64,000 nt of DNA from Candidatus Poribacteria bacterium (lineage in GTDB: Bacteria; Poribacteria; WGA-4E; PCPOR2b): contig OZ240245.1 in assembly GCA_965198175.1 (NCBI GenBank), positions 960,001 through 1,024,000 of the forward strand. Direction: 5' to 3'. The translations under genes were made by a program, and so were the position numbers. Within the stretch, counting starts at the first letter, position 1, and every line of letters begins with the position of its first letter. Positions 31,201 to 41,848 of the stretch are shown in pieces. The notes under the pieces are model-generated. The model saw only the letters and a program-made list of their open reading frames with translations. It was not told the DNA's origin and searched no databases.

Positions 31201-33908
31201 AGGTGGAAATGTCGTTTACAGGACAAGCGTTGAAACCCATTTTGAATGGAGTAAGTATCGGAGTGATAGAAGAGGGCAATCACTTAATAGCCCAATCCGC
31301 CAATCCGCCAACTTTCCCTTCTTCTAGTCAAATTCATGAATCAGGGGGAATTTACCTGACCGAAAGTGCTAGAATACCCGATAGTCCTCGGTGCATTTCT
31401 GTGCGTGGAGCGCGGGAACATAACCTGAAAAATATTGATGTGGAAATCCCCCACAGGAAGCTCACGACTTTCACCGGCGTAAGCGGTTCTGGAAAATCGT
31501 CGTTGGCGCTAGATACAATTTACGCGGAAGGACAACGCCGATACGTTGAATCCCTCTCAACGTATGCCCGGCAGTTTTTGGGGCAGTTGGATAAGCCGAA
31601 GTTCGAGAAAATTGAGGGGCTTTCACCTGCGATTGCAATCGAACAGAAGTCGCCGAGCAAAAATCCGAGATCGACCGTTGGAACAGTCACGGAGATTTAT
31701 GACTACTTGCGAGTGCTCTACGCGCGGGTCGGGATACCGCATTGTCCTCAATGTGGGAGGGAAGTCGGCGCCCAAACAGTACAACAAATTGTCGATAAGA
31801 TTATGACGTTACCAGCCGGAACACGGCTTTACGTACTGTATCCGTTGAGTTTGCGGAGTAATGAAGATTATCCAGATGCCTTTCGGCGCGTCCAACGTGA
31901 TGGATATGTACGCCTTGAGATCGATGGCGAGATATTCAACATCGATCAGGCGCCGCAGATTGGCAAGAGCATCAAGCACGATGTCAAAATCGTAGTGGAT
32001 CGCCTAGCTCTTGATTCCGATGCGCGCAGTCGTCTTGCCGAAGCCGTTGAAACCGCAACACGCCAGAGCGGCGGCGTCGTAGCCATAAGAGATATGGAAG
32101 AGAGGGATAAGAAGGATAGCCGACCGGCAAAGCGGCGGCGCAATACTTACCAAATTTTCAGCGAGCATTTTGCTTGTGTGCCCTGCGGGCTGAGCTTTCC
32201 TGAACTTACTCCGCGCCACTTTTCATTTAACAGCCCTCTAGGACAGTGCAAACGGTGTGAAGGCATTGGCAGTATTATGTGGAGCGGAGGCGCCGTTTGT
32301 AGGGAATGTAAAGGAACACGCATTGAGTCGCTTGCACGCGCTGTGACCGTGAACGGAAATACAATCGCAGAAATCACGGCGATGTTAATTCGAGATGCAA
32401 TTAAATTCTTCCATCACTTAGATTTGCCTCCGCATCAGGAGGAAATCGCCCGTGAACTTCTCAGAGAAATTCAGAATCGACTTCAATTCCTTTCGGACAT
32501 TGGGTTACACTATTTGACCTTAAGCCGCCCTGCACCTTCACTTTCAGGAGGGGAGATGCAGCGAATTCGTCTGGCAAGTCAACTCGGCAGCGGTTTGACA
32601 GGGGTGATGTATATTCTTGATGAACCTACTATCGGGTTGCATCAGAAGGACAACGAACGGCTTTTGAACGCATTAAAACGCCTACGGGATTTGGGCAACA
32701 GCGTACTCGTAATCGAACACGACTCGGAGACAATGTTAACATCAGATTACATTCTCGACTTTGGGCCGAACGCGGGTAAGTTGGGCGGCGAAATCGTCGC
32801 TGTCGGATCGCCAACTGAAATTCAGGGCAACGAAAGATCGATTACAGGCCGGTATCTCATAGGAGCGCAAAAAATCGAGATCCCAACGAAAAGGCGCGCG
32901 GGCAAAGGAGAGTGGATAGAGCTTTTCGATGTCCGAATCAACAACCTAAACGGCATTGATGTCAGAATTCCTCTGGGAACGCTCACATGTGTGACAGGGG
33001 TTTCTGGTTCAGGTAAGAGTTCTCTCGTCGAAGAAACGCTCTACCCTGCTCTCGCAGCTAGTTTGAATCGGACACGGATTGGGCAAGCTGGCAAGTACAA
33101 GCAGATTCGTGGCATGGATTATCTCGACAAGGTAATTCACATAGATCAGCAGCCAATTGGGGAGACTCCGCGATCAAACCCTGCCACATATACCGATCTT
33201 TTCACTAAAATCCGCTATCTGTTTGCCGATCTGCCTGATGCCAAAATACGCGGTTTTGGTTCACGTCGATTCAGTTTCAATCAGAAAAGTGGACAGTGTG
33301 AAACGTGTCACGGGCATGGCTATAACAAAATTGAGATGCACTTTCTCGCGGATGTCTGGGTGAAATGCGAAACGTGCGGTGCAACAGGCTATAATCACGA
33401 GACGCTTCAAGTCCGTTACAAGGGCAAAAACATCGCTGAAATCTTAGCAATGACGGTTAAAGAGGCGCTGGATCATTTCTACAACGTGCCGAGCATCCGA
33501 AAAGCTTTACAGATGTTGTTTGACGTAGGATTGGATTATATTGAACTGGGACAATCTGCAACAACACTTTCGGGCGGAGAATCGCAGCGTGTCAAGTTAG
33601 CGCGCGAGCTCGCAAAACGGAGCACTGGTAGAACCATCTATATCATGGACGAACCTACAACCGGTTTGCATTTCGATGACGTGCAGAAATTGCTAGTAGT
33701 GCTCAACCGACTTGTGGACAAAGGCAACACCATCATCGTGATTGAGCACAATCTGGACGTGATTAAGTGTGCGGATTGGGTTGTCGATCTCGGTCCCGAT
33801 GGGGGTGATGAAGGTGGGGAAGTAGTCGCTATGGGAACGCCGGAGGACGTGGTGTCGGTGGAGCGGTCACACACCGGGCGATTTTTGCAGAAGACCCTTC
33901 GCGGCTAA
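28275..33908 (+). CDS. uvrA: Excinuclease ABC subunit A, double-length (two UvrA units fused)
   Basis: AAGGAG RBS; four [11 protein letters not shown]alker A, four LSGGE signatures, zinc fingers. Confidence 0.95.
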   Translation: MTDEFIDIRGAREHNLKNINLKLPKDKLIIFTGVSGSGKSSLAFDTLYAEGQRRYIESLSAYARQFLGQLEKPEVDFIGGLSPSISIDQKSAGNNPRSTVATITEIYDYLRVLFARVGVKHCLQCGRAVGAQTTEAIINGIVNLPEQTRILVLAPIVSGRKGEYREDLADALKAGFVRARIDGKVYDLMDEIQLDRNQRHDIEIVIDRIVIKPDIRSRVAETVETALRMGEGRLIVNIVEEQPNAGDLLYSKDYTCVHCNISYEPPAPRHFSFNSPAGMCPTCKGLGTKTEISPNLVAPDVTKSIREGAVVFWGELETLNTQHITSSLAAHFGFSLDTPWNELTNAQQQVILYGTDGEKIPFVYRTRRKRRYGYEMAFEGVIPIEERKYFQSDSELHKRYLSKFMVSRVCPDCEGKRLKLEVKSVTITAKSIFDVIEMTVGDCLEFFEKLQLSEREAFIATDLLKEIKGRLWFLMNVGLHYLTLNRTAPTLSGGESQRIRLASQIGAGLRGVLYVLDEPSIGLHPRDNTHLLATLKHLRDMGNTVIVVEHDADTMWAGDMIVDFGPGPGIQGGEIAAIGSPHEVAEHATSLTAKYLRGDQQIEIPDKRRVVGGNWLEICGARHHNLKHLNVRIPIGAFTCVTGVSGSGKSSLITDILYKALARDLMKAHEQPGEYQEIRALIAEESHQNNGNMEEDEQGERCQEPDRREESGSRNEILHTTQHAIRGIQFVIDKIIDIDQTPIGRTPRSNPATYTKVFDHIRALYAQMTESNLRGYKQGRFSFNVKGGRCEACGGNGSRRIEMHFLADVWVRCNVCQGKRYNDETLQVEYRGKSIADVLNMDVQEALEHFANVPTISKILQTLHDVGLDYIKLGQPAPTLSGGEAQRIKLARELAKRSTGKTLYILDEPTTGLHFHDVKKLLEVLHQLVDAGNTIVVIEHNLEVVKTADYLIDLGPEGGEEGGEVVAFGTPEEVGEVEMSFTGQALKPILNGVSIGVIEEGNHLIAQSANPPTFPSSSQIHESGGIYLTESARIPDSPRCISVRGAREHNLKNIDVEIPHRKLTTFTGVSGSGKSSLALDTIYAEGQRRYVESLSTYARQFLGQLDKPKFEKIEGLSPAIAIEQKSPSKNPRSTVGTVTEIYDYLRVLYARVGIPHCPQCGREVGAQTVQQIVDKIMTLPAGTRLYVLYPLSLRSNEDYPDAFRRVQRDGYVRLEIDGEIFNIDQAPQIGKSIKHDVKIVVDRLALDSDARSRLAEAVETATRQSGGVVAIRDMEERDKKDSRPAKRRRNTYQIFSEHFACVPCGLSFPELTPRHFSFNSPLGQCKRCEGIGSIMWSGGAVCRECKGTRIESLARAVTVNGNTIAEITAMLIRDAIKFFHHLDLPPHQEEIARELLREIQNRLQFLSDIGLHYLTLSRPAPSLSGGEMQRIRLASQLGSGLTGVMYILDEPTIGLHQKDNERLLNALKRLRDLGNSVLVIEHDSETMLTSDYILDFGPNAGKLGGEIVAVGSPTEIQGNERSITGRYLIGAQKIEIPTKRRAGKGEWIELFDVRINNLNGIDVRIPLGTLTCVTGVSGSGKSSLVEETLYPALAASLNRTRIGQAGKYKQIRGMDYLDKVIHIDQQPIGETPRSNPATYTDLFTKIRYLFADLPDAKIRGFGSRRFSFNQKSGQCETCHGHGYNKIEMHFLADVWVKCETCGATGYNHETLQVRYKGKNIAEILAMTVKEALDHFYNVPSIRKALQMLFDVGLDYIELGQSATTLSGGESQRVKLARELAKRSTGRTIYIMDEPTTGLHFDDVQKLLVVLNRLVDKGNTIIVIEHNLDVIKCADWVVDLGPDGGDEGGEVVAMGTPEDVVSVERSHTGRFLQKTLRG

Positions 33909-34210
33909 CACACAATCATTAAATGCAATGGAAAATCACGGCTCCAAATATCAAACTTGTCATCGCCAGCGGTGTAAGCTACCAATCTATCTGTCGATTA
34001 TCGCTTACCGGTCAGAGGACAAAAACTGACTCAATCACGGTTTGGCTGGGTCAAAAGGGCACAACATCGACTCATACTTGCTTACGTAAAGCCTTATTTG
34101 CCGATCGGTAAACGGAAGTATAAGCTGACGCCACTTTCTCACACCTACGGCTTGCAAAACTGCCTACCCCCTTATTGAAAACGACGGCAAATGAATAGCG
34201 TGGCTTTCCC

Positions 34211-34239
34211 TTGACAAAATTCCAATTATGCTTTATACT
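34211..34239 (+). promoter_or_regulatory. Sigma70 promoter of the tRNA operon
   Basis: TTGACA-N17-TATACT. Confidence 0.75.
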
Positions 34240-34270
34240 TTTATTTAGCCAAAAAATGAAAATGAATTTT

Positions 34271-34347
34271 GGGCGGGTAGCTCAGTTGGCTAGAGTGACG
34301 GCCTTACAAGCCGTAGGTCACAGGTTCGAACCCTGTCCCGCCTACCA
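34271..34347 (+). tRNA. tRNA-Val (TAC)
   Basis: Cloverleaf; anticodon stem ACGGC/GCCGT with loop CTTACAA; GGTTCGAA T-loop; CCA end. Confidence 0.96.
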
Positions 34348-34365
34348 ACCGGTAGTTTTCTTTTC

Positions 34366-34444
34366 GGGCTCGTGGTGTAGCTTGGCCTAACACATCTGCC
34401 TGTCACGCAGAAGATCGCGGGTTCAAATCCCGTCGAGCCCGCCA
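34366..34444 (+). tRNA. tRNA-Asp (GTC)
   Basis: Anticodon stem TCTGC/GCAGA with loop CTGTCAC; GGTTCAAAT T-loop; CCA end. Confidence 0.96.
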
Positions 34445-34467
34445 GCTTATATTTCACGTCTTATCCT

Positions 34468-34503
34468 AACCACAGGCTGTCTTCGAGCAACCTGTGGTTT
34501 TTT
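34468..34503 (+). terminator. Rho-independent terminator after the tRNAs
   Basis: AACCACAGG/CCTGTGGTT stem followed by a T run. Confidence 0.7.
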
Positions 34504-34538
34504 CATACCTATAGATCTGGAGAGGATGGGGAACTTTC

Positions 34539-35828
34539 GTGTTAGATCTAAAATTTATTCGAGATAATCCCGACGCAGTACGAACGATACTAGAACAGCG
34601 TAAAATGGGCGCGCCGTTGGACCAACTCATCAACGCAGATCGCAAATGGCGTGAGCTGATGGGCGCGGCGGAGTCACTCAGAAGCTATCAAAATACAGTT
34701 TCTAAGAAAATCGCTGAACTCAAGAAAACAAAGCAAGATGCGTCCGAACAGATTGCTGAGATGAGGCAAGTGTCTCAGAAAATCAAGGAACTAAATGAAA
34801 GTGTGCAGGTTCATAAGAATGAAGTGGATGAGATTTTAATTAACATCCCAAACATCCCCCATTCAAGTACACCGGTCGGCAATAGTGAGGCGGATAATAT
34901 TGAGGTCACACGATGGGGTGACCTCCCAACTTTCGATTTTGAACCCAAGCCGCATTGGGAACTTGCAGAGGCGTTGGACATCATCGATTTTAGGCGTGGG
35001 GCAAAGGTTGCTGGCAGTAACTTCGTGCTGTTTAAGGGGCTAGGAGCTAAACTAGAGCGCGCCCTGATTAACTTCATGCTTGATCTGCACGTTTCTCAAC
35101 ACGGATATACCGAAGTCTCTCCGCCTTTTGTTGCTAACCGTCCTACAATGACTGGTACAGGACAGTTGCCTAAATTCGAGGAAGATATGTATCGGTGTGA
35201 TCGTGATGACGCGCATGAGAGTAGCGATCTCTTTCTCATTCCAACGGCTGAAGTCCCTGTCACAAACATTTTCGCCGGTGAATACTTGGATGGTAGAAAT
35301 CTCCCAATCAATTACACAGCATATACACCCTGTTTTCGTCGTGAGGCCGGTTCTTATGGTCGCGATACGCGAGGCTTAGTCCGTGTCCACCAATTTGATA
35401 AAGTCGAAATGGTAAAATTTACCCTCCCTGAGACATCCTACGACGAACACGAACTCTTGCTAACCAACGCTGAAGATGTTGCACAAGCCCTTGGACTGCC
35501 ATATCGTGTTGTCACGCTCTGTACGGCAGATCTTGGGTTTGCTGCTGCAAAATGCTACGACATTGAAGTTTGGGCCGCTGCAGAGGAGAAATTTCTAGAG
35601 GTTTCTTCGTGCAGTAACTTTGAGGATTTTCAGGCGCGTCGTGCAAATATTCGTTTTCGCCGTGAACCGGGCGCAAAACCAGAATTTGTTCATACACTTA
35701 ACGCTTCAGGACTTGCGTTGCCGCGAGTGGTTATCGCGATTCTTGAGAATTATCAACAAGCAGATGGGAGCATCTGCGTACCAGAAGTCCTTAAGCCTTA
35801 CATGGGTGGAGTCGGGAGGATTGGATGA
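34539..35828 (+). CDS. serS: Seryl-tRNA synthetase
   Basis: [55 protein letters not shown]. Confidence 0.97.
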   Translation: MLDLKFIRDNPDAVRTILEQRKMGAPLDQLINADRKWRELMGAAESLRSYQNTVSKKIAELKKTKQDASEQIAEMRQVSQKIKELNESVQVHKNEVDEILINIPNIPHSSTPVGNSEADNIEVTRWGDLPTFDFEPKPHWELAEALDIIDFRRGAKVAGSNFVLFKGLGAKLERALINFMLDLHVSQHGYTEVSPPFVANRPTMTGTGQLPKFEEDMYRCDRDDAHESSDLFLIPTAEVPVTNIFAGEYLDGRNLPINYTAYTPCFRREAGSYGRDTRGLVRVHQFDKVEMVKFTLPETSYDEHELLLTNAEDVAQALGLPYRVVTLCTADLGFAAAKCYDIEVWAAAEEKFLEVSSCSNFEDFQARRANIRFRREPGAKPEFVHTLNASGLALPRVVIAILENYQQADGSICVPEVLKPYMGGVGRIG

Positions 35829-36667
35829 ACGACAAAGGGTATGTTAATCCACAGTTGCTGATTTCAGCCGAGGCGTTGATTAGCAAACTTGATGATACAA
35901 GCATCTGCATTGTGGATACACGTCCGACACATGAATATGTCACAGGGCATATTCCAGATGCAATCCATTTAGATTTGTACGGGATTAGTCTAAATAATAC
36001 GAGCGAAGCCCCGTTTGCCGCCTTTATGTGGACGATCGCTCATCTCTTTGGTGCACGTGGGGTTGATTCCAGAAAAACGATTGTCTGGTATGAGAACATC
36101 TCAGGTATCCGCGCGGCGCGGGGATTCTGGTTCTGTGAGTATTTTGGACATGAGAGCGTTCGAGTGTTAGATGGTGGCTTCAATGCCTGGATCGCCGCAG
36201 AAGGGCCTGTGAGCATTGACACTACAACACCTCCTGACGTTCCTCCATTTCCAATCAACCCTCAAGGAGACACGCATATAGGAATGGAGGACATTCTCGC
36301 CCAGATGGATAAGGGCAATTTTGCTGTGCTTGATACCCGCAGTGACGATGAACACTATGGACGCATCGCTAGGGCTGCGCGTGGCGGTGCTATTCCTGGA
36401 TCGATTCACATCGAATGGCTAAACAATCTGGACAGGGATGGGGCATTTAGACCGGCGGACGAATTGCTAGCCATCTATCAAACCGAAGGCATTACGCCTG
36501 AAAAACGGGTGATGTGCTACTGACAGGGTGGTTACCGCTCTTCCCACGGCTATCTGGCGCTGAGATTATTGGGTTATCCGAAGGTCAGCAACTACATTGG
36601 GTCGTGGAAAGAGTGGGCGGATCGGCTGGATCTGCCGATCGAAATACCGAATCATCTTGATTCGTGA
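35825..36667 (+). CDS. Two-domain rhodanese/thiosulfate sulfurtransferase, probable selenoprotein (TGA at 36521-36523)
   Basis: GHIP and GAIPGS motifs; reading through the TGA gives CY-U-QGGYRSS...LGY..V.NY.GSWKEW, the canonical rhodanese C-terminus. Confidence 0.85.
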
Positions 36668-36714
36668 AATTGTAAAGGCGATCGAAATCGATCAAGCTAC
36701 AGAGAAGGTGCACC

Positions 36715-37767
36715 ATGCCAATTTTCTCTGCAGAGACATTGACGCAGATATGCTTGAAGATTTTTCGTGCTGTCGGTGTGCCAGATGAAGAGTCTGAAGT
36801 GGTGACGCGTTCAATGATTGATGCCAATCTAACTGGACACCATTCGCATGGTGTCATTCACTTGCCGAAATATATTCAAGAAATAGAGGCGTCCTTAATC
36901 CAGCCAGGTGCAGCTATTGAGTTCAGACGAGAGTCCCCGTCGATGGCGGTTCTAAATGGAAACTGGGGCTTCGGCCCCGTTATCGCAACACATGCGGTGA
37001 AATTAGCTGTTCAAAAGGCAAAAAATAAGGACATCAGTTCTGTCGTCGCCTTCCGCTGCAATGAAATAGGTAGATTGGGAGGCTATGCTTTGAAAGCCGC
37101 GGAACAGCACATGATCTGTGTCTTGACTGTTAACGACCACGGCGGGGGTCCATGTGTAGCTCCATTTGGCGGCATTGAAGGCAGACTCTCGACCAATCCG
37201 ATTGCTTGTGCAATCCCTGTGGAAGGACGTGAGCCGATTATTTTGGATATGTCCACCAGTGTGGTCGCTTCGGGGAAAATAGGGCTGAGAAAGAACAGAC
37301 AAGAAACTGTTTCAGAAGGCTGGCTTATCAATGCCGAAGGAAATCCAACAATCAACACTGATGATTTATATGCGGCTCCCCCAGGCGCGTTGCTTCCTTT
37401 CGGGGGGATCGCCGCGCACAAGGGATTCGGGCTAAGCTTTGTCATCGACATTCTTTCGGGTGCATTGACCAGCGCAGGTTGCAGTCGCGATAGTGAGGCT
37501 AGAGTTGGCAACGGTTTGTTCGTCATGGCAATCAATATCGCGAGCTTTGTGGATGTATACGATTTCAACGAAGAGGTCAAGCGCTTTATCTCATATATCA
37601 AGTCTGCAAAGAAATCACCCGGTGTTGAGGAGATTCTCATCCCAGGCGAGCGCGGCTTTCGGGAGGAAAACAGACAACGTCAAGAAGGCATCTTTATTGA
37701 TGACAGCACGTGGGCGGCAATCCAAGCGGTTGCATCGAAATATCAGACTAGATTGGCACCCAAGTAA
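36715..37767 (+). CDS. Ldh_2-family (malate/L-lactate/ureidoglycolate-type) dehydrogenase
   Basis: GHHSHG, GNWGFG, STNPIA, LDMSTS, HKGFGL, ILIPGE. Confidence 0.9.
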   Translation: MPIFSAETLTQICLKIFRAVGVPDEESEVVTRSMIDANLTGHHSHGVIHLPKYIQEIEASLIQPGAAIEFRRESPSMAVLNGNWGFGPVIATHAVKLAVQKAKNKDISSVVAFRCNEIGRLGGYALKAAEQHMICVLTVNDHGGGPCVAPFGGIEGRLSTNPIACAIPVEGREPIILDMSTSVVASGKIGLRKNRQETVSEGWLINAEGNPTINTDDLYAAPPGALLPFGGIAAHKGFGLSFVIDILSGALTSAGCSRDSEARVGNGLFVMAINIASFVDVYDFNEEVKRFISYIKSAKKSPGVEEILIPGERGFREENRQRQEGIFIDDSTWAAIQAVASKYQTRLAPK

Positions 37768-37889
37768 GTTGCTCGGTCGGTAAGTCATTAATTCTAAGCG
37801 TCGCATATCACCTTCTGGGATTTGAGCATGATTGAAAGGTCCAACAATACCACTTATCACCTACCGTATCAGACGTAAGGGTGTGACTC

Positions 37890-39545
37890 ATGTCTTCTCG
37901 CTCACGAAGGGGATCTGGCAAGCACGGGCGTTGGTGGCTTCTTGCCATCGTCTTCGCGCTCACCGGTCTAGTCATTGTATTCATCTGGATCTCAGAGGCT
38001 TCGCACCGGCAAGAACAGGTCATGCAAACAGCTCTTGCTTTGTTCGTTTCGTTCTTGCTGATGTTGATTTGGCTACTATTTTTCTCGAGGCTGCGGTGGA
38101 AGATTCGGCTAATCTCTTTTGCGGCGATTGTCCTGATGCTTCTCTGCTCCACAAAGCTATTCCGTTTTAGAGGATTTAATGGGGACTTGGTGCCCTTATT
38201 GGAATGGCGCTGGAAGAAGAGTTCATCCGAGATGGTTTCTCCAAGCCCATCCTTCCCTGGTCCCCATTCGAGAGAAGGAGGAGGAACAGTTGAATCGTCA
38301 TCGGCTGAAGACTATCCGCAGTTTCTTGGGCCGAATCGTAATGCGGTTTTGCGCGGAATTCGATTAGCCCGGGATTGGTCGAAGCGCCCACCCCGGTTGA
38401 TATGGCGCCAACCTATCGGCGCCGGTTGGTCAGGTTTCGCTGTCCTTGGAGATTCTGCAGTCACGCAAGACCAGCATGGTGAGCAAGAAACGGTTGTCTG
38501 TTACGAGCTGAGGACCGGTAAAGTGAAGTGGCGCCATTATGATAGGGCCGAATACGAAACTGTACCCGCAGGAATTGGCCCCCGTGCAACACCCACAATT
38601 GTGAAAGACCGCGTCTATACCCTGGGAGGGACTGGAATCCTTAATTGCCTGGATTTCGCAACAGGTAGGCAGATTTGGTCTCAAGATATCGTCACGGATA
38701 AGGAAATGGCTGATTGGGGAATGAGTGGTTCACCCCTGGTTTTTGAGGGCCTCGTTGTGGTCAGTGCTGGAAGGATGAACGGCGGGTCTTTGGTTGCTTT
38801 CGACAGGCATACCGGGGAAGAGGTTTGGAGCGGCGGCAACGATCTAGCGGGGTATAGTTCCCCACTTCTTACAACACTTGCTGGTGTGCGCCAAATCCTC
38901 ATTTTCAATTATGGAAGCGTCTCGGCGCATCATCCAGCCACAGGGCAAATCCTATGGCGGCACCCCTGGCCGAGCAGTACTGAATGTGTTGCTCAACCTG
39001 TTCCACTTCCTGGGAACCGCGTATTTGTTTCGAGTGGTTACGGGATCGGCTGCAAGCTTTTTCAAATCCAGCGGGATGAGAAAAGCAACCCCGATGGAAT
39101 CGAAGATATAAGCAACTTGCGAGCATCTCTCGTTTGGGAGACCCCTCGGCTCAAAGCCAAGTTTACGAATGTTGTTTACCGGGATGGGTACATCTATGGA
39201 CTTGACGACGGTGTGCTCGTATGTTTGGATGTCGACAACGGTCAGCGCAAGTGGAAACGCGGACGGTACGGGCATGGCCAAGTGATATTGGTCGACGACC
39301 TGCTTCTCGTACAAACTGAATCTGGTGATGTTGTCCTGGTGGAAGCGAATCCAAACGCACATCACGAACTCACCCGCTTTCCCGCATTGGACAGCAAAAC
39401 GTGGAATAGCCCCGCACTCGCCGGTTCCTACCTGCTTGTGCGAAACGATCGCGAGGCTGCATGTTATGATCTCCCCTTGGAGTGGCTTTGGCATGATGAT
39501 AGCATCTCTCTGAAAAATGTAAAGAGCACCGAGTCCCCAAACTGA
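37890..39545 (+). CDS. Membrane-anchored PQQ-like beta-propeller protein
   Basis: Three N-terminal TMs; YPQFLGPNRN, GPRATP, YSSP, KTWNSP. Confidence 0.85.
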   Translation: MSSRSRRGSGKHGRWWLLAIVFALTGLVIVFIWISEASHRQEQVMQTALALFVSFLLMLIWLLFFSRLRWKIRLISFAAIVLMLLCSTKLFRFRGFNGDLVPLLEWRWKKSSSEMVSPSPSFPGPHSREGGGTVESSSAEDYPQFLGPNRNAVLRGIRLARDWSKRPPRLIWRQPIGAGWSGFAVLGDSAVTQDQHGEQETVVCYELRTGKVKWRHYDRAEYETVPAGIGPRATPTIVKDRVYTLGGTGILNCLDFATGRQIWSQDIVTDKEMADWGMSGSPLVFEGLVVVSAGRMNGGSLVAFDRHTGEEVWSGGNDLAGYSSPLLTTLAGVRQILIFNYGSVSAHHPATGQILWRHPWPSSTECVAQPVPLPGNRVFVSSGYGIGCKLFQIQRDEKSNPDGIEDISNLRASLVWETPRLKAKFTNVVYRDGYIYGLDDGVLVCLDVDNGQRKWKRGRYGHGQVILVDDLLLVQTESGDVVLVEANPNAHHELTRFPALDSKTWNSPALAGSYLLVRNDREAACYDLPLEWLWHDDSISLKNVKSTESPN

Positions 39546-39859
39546 CCGGCGCTCTTTTATAGGTTATTACGCCAAAGGGCAATTTACCTCGTGCGGCAAC
39601 TGCATCTCTCTTTGCTTCGTTGGGTTTGAGGCGAACTTCACTTACTCTAAAATTCCATCCGATAAAATCCTTTTCATCTAACCCAAAGTTTGCTTTCTAG
39701 GCTTTCCCGCTTTCAAGTATCTCAACGAATCCAAATCCTTTCGACCCACCCGCCGGTGTAGGTAGTAATGAAGGTTTCTCGCAGGGATACCCAGTAAGCT
39801 CTGCTGTCTCTGCATCTTCTGAAACCTGGAGGAAAGTCAAAGAAGATAGAGATTCCGGG

Positions 39860-39888
39860 TTGACAGGAAATAAAACAAATGATAGTAT
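39860..39888 (+). promoter_or_regulatory. Sigma70-like promoter upstream of the LamG genes
   Basis: TTGACA-N17-TAGTAT with TG extension. Confidence 0.45.
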
Positions 39889-40050
39889 AGACCATATAAT
39901 CCGATCTTTGGCAAGCAACAGGGGTGGTTTCAGAGTTTGATTGGACAAACCTCAGTTCATCGGCTGATCGGGAAGATGTAGTTTCAACAAACAAACCGAA
40001 GTTGTGTTCAACGCACGGACAAATTTTTATCCGTGAGGGAGGATTAAAAT

Positions 40051-40902
40051 ATGTTTCGCTGGCAGTATGTAATCGTGGCTTTTTGCTTGTGTATTGGTGC
40101 GAATGTCGCGTCGGCTGCGCTTTCCGATGGGCTTATCTCCGCATGGACATTTGACGACGGCACCACAAACGATAGAATTGACGGCAATGACGGCACGCTC
40201 ATGGGTGGTGCAGAAATTGTGGACGCCGATCACGCCGGGTTCGGCAAAGCCGTTAATTTGAACGGTACGGATGCATTCGTCGAGATTCCGCATAGCGCTT
40301 CGATGGATGCCATGGCTGACGGGTTAACCGCCGCCTGTTGGTTCTTTGTACGGGGCAACACGCAGGAGTTTCCGTCCTTCTTCTGGAAAGGACTGCAAGT
40401 TGGCTGGTCTCCCGGGTTCCTGTTTCAGCTCAGCATTCGCAACCCTGGCACCGCCATCATCCATTATGGTAGTTGTAATGACTCAACTGAAGGATGGTTC
40501 AATTCAAACGAGGGGGCGGTCGACGACGGTCAGTGGCACCACGTAGCGACCACCGCTGACGGGGAGTTTCTCAACGCCTATTTCGACGGTGAGCAGCGAA
40601 TCGAGTTACAGAGCAGTTTTACGGGCGGGAGTGCGCCGCTGGCGCTCGCCGGTCCGTACAACGTCTTCCCAGACCAGCCGATTCGGATCGGAATGAGTCA
40701 GGGACTTGGTGGGAACGCCGTCAACGATCCGGCGCCCCTTGAAAGAAAGGCGTACATCGACGGCATGGTTGACGAGGCGGTTATTTACTCTCGAGCCTTG
40801 TCGCCGGAAGAGATTAAACAACTCATGTCGAATTCGATTGCGACTGCGGTCGAGCCGACAGCCAAATTGGCTGCTATCTGGGCAAAACTAAAAACGCAAT
40901 AG
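40051..40902 (+). CDS. Secreted LamG/concanavalin-like domain protein with Poribacteria-type C-terminal tail
   Basis: Signal peptide; W.FDDG, WHHVA, YFDG, GMVDEA.IYSRALS; AVEPTAKLAAIWAKLK. Confidence 0.85.
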   Translation: MFRWQYVIVAFCLCIGANVASAALSDGLISAWTFDDGTTNDRIDGNDGTLMGGAEIVDADHAGFGKAVNLNGTDAFVEIPHSASMDAMADGLTAACWFFVRGNTQEFPSFFWKGLQVGWSPGFLFQLSIRNPGTAIIHYGSCNDSTEGWFNSNEGAVDDGQWHHVATTADGEFLNAYFDGEQRIELQSSFTGGSAPLALAGPYNVFPDQPIRIGMSQGLGGNAVNDPAPLERKAYIDGMVDEAVIYSRALSPEEIKQLMSNSIATAVEPTAKLAAIWAKLKTQ

Positions 40903-40912
40903 ATGATGAACT

Positions 40913-40941
40913 GAAGCCCGATCATAGCTAAATCGGGCTTC
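40913..40941 (+). terminator. Hairpin between LamG paralogs
   Basis: GAAGCCCGAT/ATCGGGCTTC stem with a nearby T run. Confidence 0.5.
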
Positions 40942-40989
40942 CATTCAATTTTTTTCCAACTCTGTAGTCTACGTGCAGGGAGGTTTCGC

Positions 40990-41835
40990 ATGATACGCTG
41001 CCGATATATCCTTTACACAATGATTATATGCGTTGTTACGAGTGCCGCTTCAGCAGATTTGACGGATGGTTTAATTTCCGTCTGGACATTCGATAATAGA
41101 ACCGTGGAAGACAGCCGCGGATCGAATGACGGCGTCCTTCGAGGAGACGCCGGGTTTGCACCCGATAGAAACAAGGGAATGGCTTTAGATCTCAATGGAA
41201 AGGACGCTTTCGCAGAGATTCCGCATAGTGACTCGATGGAAGCCATGGCAGACGAGTTGACCGCCGCCTGCTGGTTCTTTGTGCGAGGCAATGCGCAGGA
41301 ATTTCCGTCTTTCTTCTGGAAGGGATTGGGAATGGGCTGGTCCCCCGGGTACCTATTTCAACTCAGCATTCGTAACCCCGACACTACCGTGATGCAGTAT
41401 GGAAGCTGTACCGAGGTTGGCGAAGGATGGTTTAATTATCGTGTAGATCCTGTTGATGACGGTACATGGCACCACACGGCGACTGTCGCAAACGGCGAGG
41501 AACTCAACGGTTATTTCGACGGTAAAGAAATGGTGCTGCTCAGCAGTTACACCGGGGGTAGGAAACCGCTAGCGCTCAAGGCTCCATACCGTGTCTTCCC
41601 AGACCAGCCAATTCGCATGGGAATGGGTCAAGGCATTGGTGGGAACCCCTTTATCGAACCCAAATTCCTTGAGAACAAGTCGTATATTGATGGCATGGTT
41701 GATGACGCTGTTATCTTCTCGCGGGCGCTATCGGAGGATGAGATTCAAGAACTCATGGAGACTGACCTGTCTGATCTCGCCGAGGTTGATCCACAGGGCA
41801 AACTTGCGACAACTTGGGCATCGCTTAAGCAGTGA
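40990..41835 (+). CDS. Secreted LamG-domain protein (tandem paralog)
   Basis: Shares LTAACWFFVRGN.QEFPSFFWKGL..GWSPG with 40051; tail VDPQGKLATTWASLK. Confidence 0.85.
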   Translation: MIRCRYILYTMIICVVTSAASADLTDGLISVWTFDNRTVEDSRGSNDGVLRGDAGFAPDRNKGMALDLNGKDAFAEIPHSDSMEAMADELTAACWFFVRGNAQEFPSFFWKGLGMGWSPGYLFQLSIRNPDTTVMQYGSCTEVGEGWFNYRVDPVDDGTWHHTATVANGEELNGYFDGKEMVLLSSYTGGRKPLALKAPYRVFPDQPIRMGMGQGIGGNPFIEPKFLENKSYIDGMVDDAVIFSRALSEDEIQELMETDLSDLAEVDPQGKLATTWASLKQ

Positions 41836-41848
41836 CCAGCTACCAGAA

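Noticed and set aside
33909..34200. Possible ncRNA or small ORF between uvrA and the tRNAs
   Set aside because: No recognisable RNA family motif or convincing structure by eye
34271..34444. tRNA genes as a prophage/island attachment site
   Set aside because: No integrase and no duplicated tRNA 3' end seen; flanks are housekeeping genes
36521..36523. Rhodanese as a nonsense pseudogene
   Set aside because: The stop is TGA precisely at the catalytic Cys and the downstream frame is intact; Sec is more parsimonious, though unproven
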